A DNA stretch of 48,128 bases. It comes from Micavibrio sp. GTDB lineage: Bacteria > Pseudomonadota > Alphaproteobacteria > Micavibrionales > Micavibrionaceae. The stretch covers positions 1 to 48,128 of the forward strand of contig DASTUM010000128.1 in the NCBI GenBank assembly GCA_035759665.1, written 5' to 3'. The notes below the pieces were generated by a model that did not search any database, was not told the DNA's origin, and worked only from the letters and a program-made list of their open reading frames with translations. The translations under genes were made by a program, and so were the position numbers. Below, piece after piece: positions 19,493 to 28,400 of this stretch (position 1 is its first letter; the number at the start of each line of letters is the position of its first letter).

Positions 19493-19545
19493 TCGAACCG
19501 ATCCTTGGTTGAGATTTCACCCCCTACTCTATACTATCGCACACC

Positions 19546-20895
19546 ATGACAGAAGACCTGTTCACCGCCGCCGCGCAAAGCGCAAAGCGCAGCAACGTTC
19601 CGGAAATGAGCGTGTCAGAGCTCGCTTTTTCCCTAAAGCGGACGCTGGAGGAAACTTATGGCCGCGTGCGCGTGCGCGGCGAACTCTCCGGCCTGAAGCG
19701 CGCATCGAGCGGGCATCTTTACGGCGACATCAAGGACGTCGATTCCTGTATCAATATCGTGTGCTGGAAAACGACCGTGGGCCGCTTGTCGGTGCGCCCC
19801 GAAGACGGGCTGGATGTCATCGTCACGGGCAAAGTCACGAGTTATCCGAAAAATTCCCGATATCAGCTCGTCGTAGAATCGATGGAACTGGCGGGCGAGG
19901 GCGCCCTTCTCAAAATGCTCGAGGAACGCCGCCGGAAACTGGCGGCGGAAGGATTGTTCGATGAGGCGCGCAAGAAACCCCTGCCCTTCCTGCCCGATGT
20001 GATCGGCGTCGTGACCTCACCGACCGGAGCCGTAATCCGCGACATCATCCACCGGATTTCTGAACGCTTCCCGCGCCACGTCCTCGTATGGCCCGTTGCT
20101 GTGCAGGGCGACGGATCAGCGCAGCAGATCGCTGCGGCCATCCGCGGATTCAACGCCATGAAAAACCGCCCCGATCTCCTGATCGTCGCGCGTGGCGGCG
20201 GAAGCCTCGAAGACCTGATGTGCTTCAACGACGAGGATGTCGTGCGAGCGGCAGCGGCCAGCGAAATCCCGCTGATTTCCGCCGTCGGCCACGAAACCGA
20301 CACGACGCTCATCGATTATGCCGCGGATTTGCGCGCGCCGACGCCGACGGGGGCGGCGGAACGGGCCGTGCCCGTGCGCCTCGACCTGATGGCCCAGGTA
20401 CTGGACGATCACGAGCGGCTTACTCGGGGGGTCGAACGGCTTTTGCGCGAAAATTCGAACCGCCTGGAAACCCTGCGCGCCAGGCTTGGGAGCCCGGAAC
20501 GGCTTCTCGACATCAGGACGCAGCATATCGACACGCTGACATCCAAATTGCTGCACGGTTTTGAAAAGCTGCTGGCGAAAAAGTCCCAGGTTCTGGCGCC
20601 CCTCGCGCCGCCGCATCCCCGCTCCCTGATCGCAGAAAAGTCGCGCCACGCCGCCATGCTGGGCGAAGCTTTGCAACGAGCCGGCGCGAACCTTCTCAGA
20701 GATCAGCAAAAACACCTGCTTCATGCTGCAAGAATGCTGGAAAGCCTCTCTTTTCAAAAAGTTCTCGATCGCGGCTTTGCCGTCGTCCGCTCCAAAGACG
20801 GACGTGTGCTCTCCGACGCCAGTGCCGCTGAATCGGAAGGCGTTTTCGATATACAATTCCGTGGCAATGCCACGCTTCCCGCTCGCAAAGGCTGA
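19546..20895 (+). CDS. xseA: exodeoxyribonuclease VII large subunit
   Basis: 449-aa ORF with an OB-fold N-terminus (VRVRGELSG..SGHLYGDIKD) and a catalytic core (IGVVTSPTGAVIRDI, ARGGGSLEDL, ISAVGHETD). Confidence 0.9.
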   Translation: MTEDLFTAAAQSAKRSNVPEMSVSELAFSLKRTLEETYGRVRVRGELSGLKRASSGHLYGDIKDVDSCINIVCWKTTVGRLSVRPEDGLDVIVTGKVTSYPKNSRYQLVVESMELAGEGALLKMLEERRRKLAAEGLFDEARKKPLPFLPDVIGVVTSPTGAVIRDIIHRISERFPRHVLVWPVAVQGDGSAQQIAAAIRGFNAMKNRPDLLIVARGGGSLEDLMCFNDEDVVRAAAASEIPLISAVGHETDTTLIDYAADLRAPTPTGAAERAVPVRLDLMAQVLDDHERLTRGVERLLRENSNRLETLRARLGSPERLLDIRTQHIDTLTSKLLHGFEKLLAKKSQVLAPLAPPHPRSLIAEKSRHAAMLGEALQRAGANLLRDQQKHLLHAARMLESLSFQKVLDRGFAVVRSKDGRVLSDASAAESEGVFDIQFRGNATLPARKG

Positions 20896-20936
20896 TTGTG
20901 CTTGCCTTTTCGTGCTAGAATGGCGAAAGGTAGCCC

Positions 20937-21443
20937 ATGCGCGCGGATTTGAACGAATTGATGGACAAGCTCGGGGTCGGATACGTCCTCTCCCCTTACG
21001 AAACCTGCCCGTGGTCGGCATACGATCCGGAAAGCGGCGTCACCGCCAGCGCCGAGGTCCGCATGGACAACGAGGGCAAGGAGGTCGAGGCCGAACTGCA
21101 ATTCCTCCACGACAATCCCGAACCCGGCAAACCGCCGATGGAGCAGATGATCTGGATATTCGCCAAGCCTGTCGTGCAAGCGAAATGGTCGCCGCTCACG
21201 CTGCGGATCAAGGGGCAGGACGAGCCGTCCGATGTCTATGAGTGGGAAACCAAAGGCTGCAACCTGTTCAATGCCGCCGTGCAGGAAATCAAGATGGGCA
21301 ATGTGCCCGACATCGACGACCTGATCGAGCGCGAAATGGGTGGGGACGAACGTTTCCGCGATTCCCGCCGCGGCGGCGGCAGCAAGGCGCCCAAGATCAA
21401 GCCGCAGGCCCTGCTCGGCATGAAAAACGGCCGGGGCTTCTAG
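20937..21443 (+). CDS. hypothetical protein
   Basis: 168-aa ORF with an AAAGG Shine-Dalgarno before the ATG and protein-like composition. The C-terminal tail RRGGGSKAPKIKPQALLGMKNGRGF is basic. No family recognised. Confidence 0.55.
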   Translation: MRADLNELMDKLGVGYVLSPYETCPWSAYDPESGVTASAEVRMDNEGKEVEAELQFLHDNPEPGKPPMEQMIWIFAKPVVQAKWSPLTLRIKGQDEPSDVYEWETKGCNLFNAAVQEIKMGNVPDIDDLIEREMGGDERFRDSRRGGGSKAPKIKPQALLGMKNGRGF

Positions 21444-22102
21444 GATCTCATATTCTGCGTGACGACGATGCCGTAATCGGTTGCGGCCTTGGTCAGTCCG
21501 CCATAGATCGGCTCGCCCAGCGCCTTGAACATCCAGTCGGAGCCGACGCGCTCGATATAGCCGATATACAGCCCCGTTCCATTGCCCATTTCCTCGTCCA
21601 GTTCAAAGCGGAAGCTTTCTAGATTGGTTTCGTTGTTGAGGATGCGGAAATAGACGTTCTTGACCATCGTGAAATTATTCGAGTTCAGATCGAGATCATA
21701 AATCGAAAGAACGAAAGCGATCTTGATGATCTCGAACGGCAGGGCCATCAGGTCTATCACGATCTTTTCGTCGTCACCGTCGCCCGCGCCGGTGCGGGAA
21801 TCGCCCAGGTGCTTGACCGCGCCTTCCCGCGCCGTGAGATTGTTGTAAAAGATGAAATCCTCGTCCTGCCTCGTCTTGTCGTTCTTGTCGAGCAGGAAGA
21901 CGCTGGCGTCCATGTCAATCGGGTCGCCCTCGAAACGTTTCAGATCCCAACCCACGCCGAGCGTGACTTCGCGAATCCCCGGATCAAGGCGCGTGATGTT
22001 GATCTCCTCGCCCTTGCGCACGCGCACGAGCTGAGAGTCCGGCATTATAATGCTGGGATGTTCGTCTACGTAATCGTCATCGTCGTCGTGGTGGTCGCTC
22101 AT
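21440..22102 (-). CDS. TerD-family stress/tellurite-resistance-type protein
   Basis: 220-aa ORF. TerD signatures are LGVGWDL, DMDASVFLLD, FIFYNNL and the Ca-binding-type GDSRTGAGDGDDEKIVIDL. The N-terminus MSDHHDDDDDYVDEH is acidic. Confidence 0.85.
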   Translation of the reverse strand: MSDHHDDDDDYVDEHPSIIMPDSQLVRVRKGEEINITRLDPGIREVTLGVGWDLKRFEGDPIDMDASVFLLDKNDKTRQDEDFIFYNNLTAREGAVKHLGDSRTGAGDGDDEKIVIDLMALPFEIIKIAFVLSIYDLDLNSNNFTMVKNVYFRILNNETNLESFRFELDEEMGNGTGLYIGYIERVGSDWMFKALGEPIYGGLTKAATDYGIVVTQNMRS

Positions 22103-22146
22103 TTTCTACCTCAAAGTTCGATTCTAACCCGCGCAGGGCGTTCCGA

Positions 22147-22896
22147 TCAATCTTTACTGCCGCCTTCCCATGCGAGACCGAAACCGAAGGCGCGGTCCAT
22201 TTCGGCATGGCCGGGGAAATATTCAAGATAGCTGGTCATTTTGATGCCGCCGCGCACGCTTTCGATGCCGGCCACGGCGCAGACGGACATTTCGTCACGG
22301 CGGGCATTCAGCGTCACCACCATCGGCTCTTCTCCCGGAACGCGCACCTGCACCTGCGGTTTGATGGAGGCCCAGTCGCGCGCGCCGTCATAAATATAGA
22401 CATAAATCAGAATTCGTTCGATCTCGTGCCAGTGCGCGCCGCTGACGAGGATGGTTTCATCCGGCCCCTCGCGGTCGCCGCGCTGCTCATCGCCTGTCAG
22501 AAAAATATACGGCTCCCGCTCCAGCGCACCGTGTATCTCGCCGAACGCCTGCATCCCTCCGCGCGACCCGTTGCGCAGTTCGTATAGGCAGCCGAGATCG
22601 ATGTCTACGCCCGCCTTTACCACGTTTTTTTTGAAAAACCGCTTGATGGGGTTGGCTTCACGGACAACGGGGATATTGTCCCATGCCACCCCGATATTGA
22701 AATCCGGCAGGCCGCCGGCGGGCGGATTGACGATGGCCACCTCTCCCGGTTTCGTTAGAAACGTTCCCGCCTGCCGGTCGTCATGCCGGCTGATATATCC
22801 GGCTGCGCCAAGGCCGCCGTAGCGCGATCTTTCAGCCCGGTCGCGGTTGGCCTCCAGAATGGAGCTTTGAGAATTTCGCGGAGGGTTGCCGGCCAT
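22147..22896 (-). CDS. divergent TerD-domain protein (TerA-like)
   Basis: 249-aa ORF. FNIGVAWDN, DIDLGCLYEL, YIFLTGDEQRGDREGPDETILV, ILIYVYIYDG and the C-terminal YFPGHAEMDRAFGFGLAWEGGSK resemble the TerA-type variant of the TerD fold (from memory). Confidence 0.65.
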   Translation of the reverse strand: MAGNPPRNSQSSILEANRDRAERSRYGGLGAAGYISRHDDRQAGTFLTKPGEVAIVNPPAGGLPDFNIGVAWDNIPVVREANPIKRFFKKNVVKAGVDIDLGCLYELRNGSRGGMQAFGEIHGALEREPYIFLTGDEQRGDREGPDETILVSGAHWHEIERILIYVYIYDGARDWASIKPQVQVRVPGEEPMVVTLNARRDEMSVCAVAGIESVRGGIKMTSYLEYFPGHAEMDRAFGFGLAWEGGSKD

Positions 22897-22979
22897 GAAA
22901 ACCTTTCTTCGCTTTTGGCTTCTTCCATGCTAAATCACTTTTTCAGCAAAATCCAATGAGCAAAGGTAATTTACGCACT

Positions 22980-24656
22980 ATGGCCGCATACCAATATGTT
23001 TACGTGATGAAAGACCTGAAAAAGACCTTTTCGAATGGCAAGACAATTCTGAACGGGGTCACGCTCAGCTTCTTTCCCGGCGCGAAAATCGGCGTTCTCG
23101 GCCCCAACGGCGCGGGAAAATCGACGCTGCTCAAGATCATGGCCGGTGTGGACAAGGAGTTTCAGGGCGAAGCCTGGTCAGCCGAAGGCGCCAAGGTCGG
23201 CTACCTGCAGCAAGAACCCCAGCTCGACAATTCCAAGACCGTCGCGGAAAACGTGATGGAAGCGCTTAAGGATAAAAAGGCGAAGGTCGATCGCTACAAC
23301 GAAGTCGCGGGCCTGATGGCCGATCCGGATGCCGATTTTGACGCGCTGACTGAGGAGATGAGCCAGCTGCAGGACGAGATCGACGCCGAAAACCTTTGGG
23401 AACTTGACCGTACGGTGGAAATGGCGATGGACGCGCTGCGCTGCCCGCCCGCCGATTCTCCTGTGACGAATCTGTCTGGCGGTGAAAAGCGGCGCGTGGC
23501 CCTCGCCCGTCTGCTGCTGGAAAAACCAGACCTTCTGCTGCTCGACGAACCGACGAACCATCTCGACGCAGAATCCGTCGCCTGGCTGCAACGCCATCTG
23601 CTCGATTATAAAGGCACCGTCGTGATGGTCACGCACGACCGTTACTTCCTCGACAATGTCACGGGCTGGATTCTCGAAGTCGACCGTGGCCAGGGCATTC
23701 CCTACGAGGGCAACTATTCCGCGTATCTGGACAAGAAACGCAAGCGTCTCGAACAGGAAGCAAAGGACGAGGCGAACCTCGCCAAGACCGTCGCCCGCGA
23801 GCTGGAATGGATTCGCCAGACACCGGAAGGCCGCCGCAAAAAATCGAAAGCGCGCGTCGCCGCGTTCGACGAACTGGTCGCACAGTCCGAAAGCAACACC
23901 CAGCGCTCGACCCAGATCGTTATCCCCGCTCCAAGCGAGCGCCTCGGCCAGAACGTCATCGACGTCAAGGATGTCAAAAAAGGTTACGGCGAGAAGCTTC
24001 TGATCGAAGGCTTGTCGTTCAAGCTTCCACCCGGCGGCATCGTCGGCGTGATCGGCCCGAACGGCGCGGGCAAATCCACCCTTTTCCGCATGATTACGGG
24101 GCAGGAAAAACCGGATGAAGGCTCTTTCGCCGTCGCGGATTCTGTGCGCCTGGGCTATGTTGACCAAAGCCGCGATTCCCTCGACGACAACAAAACCGTG
24201 TGGGAAGAAATTTCCGACGGACTCGACATTCTCAAACTGGGCAAGATCGAGATGATGAGCCGCGCCTATGTGGCAAGCTTCAACTTCCGCGGTCCCGACC
24301 AGCAAAAGAAGATCGGCATGCTATCCGGCGGCGAACGCAACCGCGTCCACCTCGCCAAAATGCTCAAATCCGGAGCAAACGTTCTTCTCCTCGACGAACC
24401 TACCAACGATCTCGATACGGAAACGCTCGGCGCACTCGAAGAGGCACTGGAGAGATTTCCGGGTTGCGTCGTCGTGATTTCCCACGACCGTGCCTTCCTC
24501 GACCGCCTAGCGACGCATATGCTCGCTTTCGAAGGGGATTCCCATGTCGAATGGTTTGAGGGCAATTACGAGGATTACGAGAAGGATTACAAGCGCCGCT
24601 ACGGCGAAAACGCCTCTCCCCATCGCATCAAGTACAAACCGCTGCGCGCCGCTTAA
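22980..24656 (+). CDS. ettA: energy-dependent translational throttle ABC-F ATPase
   Basis: ORF 22956..24656. MAAYQYVYVMKDLKK..LSFFPGAKIGVLGPNGAGKSTLLKIMAG aligns from its first residue with the EttA N-terminus, so I start at 22980. It has two ABC cassettes (LSGGEKRRVAL, LSGGERNRVHL). Confidence 0.93.
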   Translation: MAAYQYVYVMKDLKKTFSNGKTILNGVTLSFFPGAKIGVLGPNGAGKSTLLKIMAGVDKEFQGEAWSAEGAKVGYLQQEPQLDNSKTVAENVMEALKDKKAKVDRYNEVAGLMADPDADFDALTEEMSQLQDEIDAENLWELDRTVEMAMDALRCPPADSPVTNLSGGEKRRVALARLLLEKPDLLLLDEPTNHLDAESVAWLQRHLLDYKGTVVMVTHDRYFLDNVTGWILEVDRGQGIPYEGNYSAYLDKKRKRLEQEAKDEANLAKTVARELEWIRQTPEGRRKKSKARVAAFDELVAQSESNTQRSTQIVIPAPSERLGQNVIDVKDVKKGYGEKLLIEGLSFKLPPGGIVGVIGPNGAGKSTLFRMITGQEKPDEGSFAVADSVRLGYVDQSRDSLDDNKTVWEEISDGLDILKLGKIEMMSRAYVASFNFRGPDQQKKIGMLSGGERNRVHLAKMLKSGANVLLLDEPTNDLDTETLGALEEALERFPGCVVVISHDRAFLDRLATHMLAFEGDSHVEWFEGNYEDYEKDYKRRYGENASPHRIKYKPLRAA

Positions 24657-25168
24657 TATTGGTTGTAGCAGTAAGCGGCGTCGTTCGCCGGAAACAAAAG
24701 CCCCCAGCACCAGATTGGCGAGCGAGCTGTTTGGGCCGCCGCCGATATAGCCGACGCATTTGCCCAATGGAACATCCGGATCGTTCGACGTCGTAGCGTA
24801 TTGCGCATGGCAACAGCTCACGCCTGCCGCCTCGCAGGCTTTCTTGCAATCGCCAAGGCTCGTCTTCGTGAGGTTCGAACCAGTGCCGCCGGTGCAGCCG
24901 CTGAAAACAAAGGCTCCGCATTTAACCCTCTTCGTAGCCCCACCAATCTTGTCGTCGACATATTTTTTGGTGGCGGCGTCCTGGTCGTCCGTCGGATACC
25001 CGATGCGATCATATGATTTTCGGCGATGGTGCGCTTCGTTATCTGCGCCATGGCCCGCACCGGCCCTTTCATCAGGTTCATGCCGACCACGCTGATGGCG
25101 CCGACCATGGCGATAGAGGCGAAAAGAACGAAGAGAATGCTCTCCGTGAGGAGCGGGGATACAGGCAT
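24653..25168 (-). pseudogene. small membrane-anchored Cys-rich protein gene, reading frame broken twice
   Basis: Three minus-strand frames each carry one protein-like segment. Frame 1: MPVSPLLTESILFVLFASIAMVGAISVVGMNLMKGPVRAMAQITKRTIAE. Frame 2: SYDRIGYPTDDQDAATKKYVDDKIGG..KCGAFVFSGCTGG..GDCKKACEAAGVSCCHAQY..GKCVGYIGGGPNSSLANLVLG. Frame 3: LLFPANDAAYCYNQY-stop at 24653. The junctions coincide with a T4 run (25017-25020) and a C5 run (24701-24705). Confidence 0.5.
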
Positions 25169-25316
25169 GGCTGGCTGACCGCAGTGAACAGGTAAGCACA
25201 ACTATAGGTTATAAAAAACCTACTTAACAGACCACATACCTTTATGTGTATCTTTAAATATCAATAATTTAAGTCATTTTAAGACCGTCGCCCGGCAAAG
25301 TCTCCGCCGGTAAAAG

Positions 25317-25344
25317 AAAGCGCCATCGCGGATATGGCGCTTTT
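25317..25344. terminator. terminator-like hairpin inside the divergent intergenic region upstream of the DotA-like operon
   Basis: AAAGCGCCAT-cgcggat-ATGGCGCTTT is a 10-bp stem flanked by an A-tract and a T-tract (bidirectional shape). A second small hairpin CCGGC-aaagtctc-GCCGG lies just before it at 25292-25310. Its function is unknown. Confidence 0.4.
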
Positions 25345-25458
25345 CCGCGCTTTTGGCAGATCAAATTGGCAAAGGCGGGAAGCCGTATGATATTATTTAA
25401 GCACGATTAAATAGGATTTTTGGTCTATACTGCCAGGGGATGGGCAGGCAGGGGATTG

Positions 25459-28400
25459 ATGGCGGTTAACACTCAGAATATAAACGCAAAAAGCGTTGCG
25501 AGATACGTCCTCTTGCCGGGCATTTTGCCGCGCGTGCATGAGCTTGTCAGCTCCGGATTCGGCTACCTGGCTTTTCTGTTTGCATCCGTTTACCGCACCG
25601 TTCGTATTCTGCCGCCGAACCACCCCTACCTGAATCCCGACAATATCGGCAAGTTCGGCGTTCTGCAGGTTATCGCCGCCGCGGCCAATAACCTTCAAAT
25701 TGACCGCAAGCATCTCGATCAGATCGTGGTTTTCTTCGCCCTGCTCGCAGGACTCATCCTGATCTTCCTGCAATTCGCGCTGCTTCTCTTCGCTGTGTTC
25801 GCGGGTCACGCCTTCGCGCAGACTCAGGGCGGGGCGCCGTTCGAAAGCATGTTCGTCACACAATACCCGGCCAGCGACATCGCCTTTCTTATGCTCGACT
25901 ATGTTTTCGGCATTCCGGGCGGAAGCGAATACGGGCCGAACGTCGGCTGGTTCGGATCCGCGGCGATTCCCGATGGTCCCACATCCTTCCATCGCGGCCT
26001 GCACGCATTGTTCAACTTCTACAACCTGGCGATCCTTCTCGTCGGGGTTCTTATCTTCCTTTACTACATCGTCGTTGTCGTCATTGAAACGGCGCAAACC
26101 GGCGTTCCGTTCGGCAGGCGTTTCGCAAAGCTTTACGCGCCCTTCCGCCTGATCACTGCCATCGGCCTCCTCGTTCCCCTGAATTATGGCTTCAATGGCG
26201 CGCAATACATCACGCTTTACGCCGCAAAGATCGGTTCCAGTTTTGCGACCAACGGATGGCTTCTTTATAACGATGCGCTTGCCGGATCTGCGGGCGGCAC
26301 AGGCGGGGCGCAAGGTGGAACGCAAGGCGGGAACACGAACAACCCGATAGGAGCTCCCAACGCTTCCCTCGTCGCGCGTCCGAGAACGCCCTCCATCGAC
26401 GAGCTGCTATATTTTTCCAGCGTCTATCACGCCTGCCGCGAGATGTATGGCATATGGCAGGCCAAAGATACCCAGAACCCCTCGAAGGGCGGGGTTTGTA
26501 TCAAGCCTTACGTTATATACAACGGACAAGCCCATGAGTTCATCAGCGGCGGCGGCGGAAGCGCCTGCGGTAATAACCAGGGCCAGGGCCAGGGTCAATC
26601 GTCAGGCCTCAGTTACAATGATGCCAAGGATATTTTCCACAACAATGATATGGAAATCGTCCTAGGCGAGTGGGATACGAAAGAACATGCCAGCTATGTC
26701 GGCGGCGTCCGCCCTTATTGCGGAAAAATCACTGTTTCCCTGAGCAACGACAATCCCAGCATTTACACCTCGCAAAGCACGGGCGGAGGGGGCGGAGCGC
26801 AACAATCAACCGGCGTCCGCGCCGTCGAGAATATGTGGTATACCGTGCTCCAGACCATTTTAAAAAACGAGGGCGCTTTTGCCGCCTTCGGCGAGCGGGC
26901 GGCGCACTTTTACGTGCCCTCGACAAGCCAGCATGACCCTTGCTGGAGAAGCGGAGATCTTAAGGGCAGCGGCGGCGGTGGCGGCGGCGATTGCTCCGAA
27001 ACGAACTGGTTCCCGCCTGCAGCTGCATTCGTTCCGCAGATGAATATGTTCCGCGCCCAGAACGCCGCCCTCGTTATGGAGCATTATACGACGTTCAGAA
27101 ACAATCTGAATCTGTCTCTCCAGCAGGATCTGCGCCGCCGCGGCTGGGGCGGAGCAGGAATCTGGTATAACAATATCGCGGACCTGAACGGAACCTTCAG
27201 CTCCGCGATCTATGCCACGCCGACGGTCAAACAATTCCCCGAAGTCATGGAATACGTGAAGCGGGAAAAACAGACTCAGGATACGAAATCGGGTATCTGC
27301 TCCACCTACGATCCCAACCTTGCAGACAACAAGCCCGTTGCATTCACCAAAACCAACGAACTCGACATAGCCAAGGCATTGAACGCCACCTACAAATATC
27401 ACGTCTGCGATCGTCCGTCGCAGGATAGCATTTCAAACCAGGCGGCAGGCGGCGGAAACACGGGAAATACAGGAAACGGCAATAACGGAGACTGCGCCGA
27501 CCAGAGCACCAGTTCGGTACGCGGCATGACGAACAACACATTCGTCAACGTCGTCTCCCTGATTTTCGGCATCAACGGGCTGTTCGACATACGCTGCAAT
27601 TCCAAAATGGACCAAGCCACCGGAATGCCGCAGGTACACCCCCTGGCGCAGCTGGCCGTCGTCGGAAAAAGCCTGATTGAAAACGCCATCCGAAGCATGG
27701 GGATGGCCGTCGGCACATCTTTTGGCGGCGGTATTATCGGTGTACTGAGCCCGGCGCTCGGCCCCGCGCTCGAATCCGCCAGCGGCATGTTCGTCGGCAT
27801 CGCCACCATCGGCCTGACCGCCGGCTTCCTGCTTTATTACATTCTGCCGTTCCTGCCGTTCATGTATTTCTTCTTCGCGGTGGGTTCGTGGGTTAAATCG
27901 ATTTTCGAGGCCATGGTCGGCGTTCCCCTGTGGGCGCTGGCGCACCTGCATATCGACGGCGACGGGCTTCCGGGCCGCGCGGCGATGGGCGGATACTTCC
28001 TCATCCTTGAAATCACGCTGCGCCCCATATTCACGGTCTTCGGGCTGATCGGCGGCATGGCGGTGTTCGGCGCCATGGCAACCGGCCTCAACAATCTTTT
28101 CGACCTCGTCGTCGTCAACATCACCGGGGCTACGCCCTCCCCCAATAGCGGAAGCTCGCTTCTCCTCGGTTCCGTGGAATCTGTTCGCCGCGGCGTCATC
28201 GACCAGTTCTTCTTTACGATCATGTACGCCGTTCTCCTCTATATGATGGCGACGACGTCCTTCAAAATGATCGACCAGATTCCGCAGCACGTCATGCGCT
28301 GGATCGGATCGTCCGTGCCGATCTTCAACGACGACAAGCAGGACCCGACCTCCGGTCTTACGACCTACACCGCGCTGGCCGGCAACCAGATCGTTCCGCA

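Noticed and set aside
24872-24880. A GGTTCGAAC string resembling a tRNA T-loop.
   Set aside because: The flanks form no T-stem, acceptor stem or anticodon arm, and the string lies inside the Cys-rich coding segment. I found no tRNA in the window.
24507-25199. The 230-aa minus-strand ORF taken at face value as one intact CDS.
   Set aside because: Its first roughly 60 residues are Arg/His/Gly-rich nonsense. Its last 50 residues overlap the conserved 3' end of ettA by 150 nt. Only the middle looks like protein. I reinterpreted it as a frameshifted gene spanning three frames (24653-25168).
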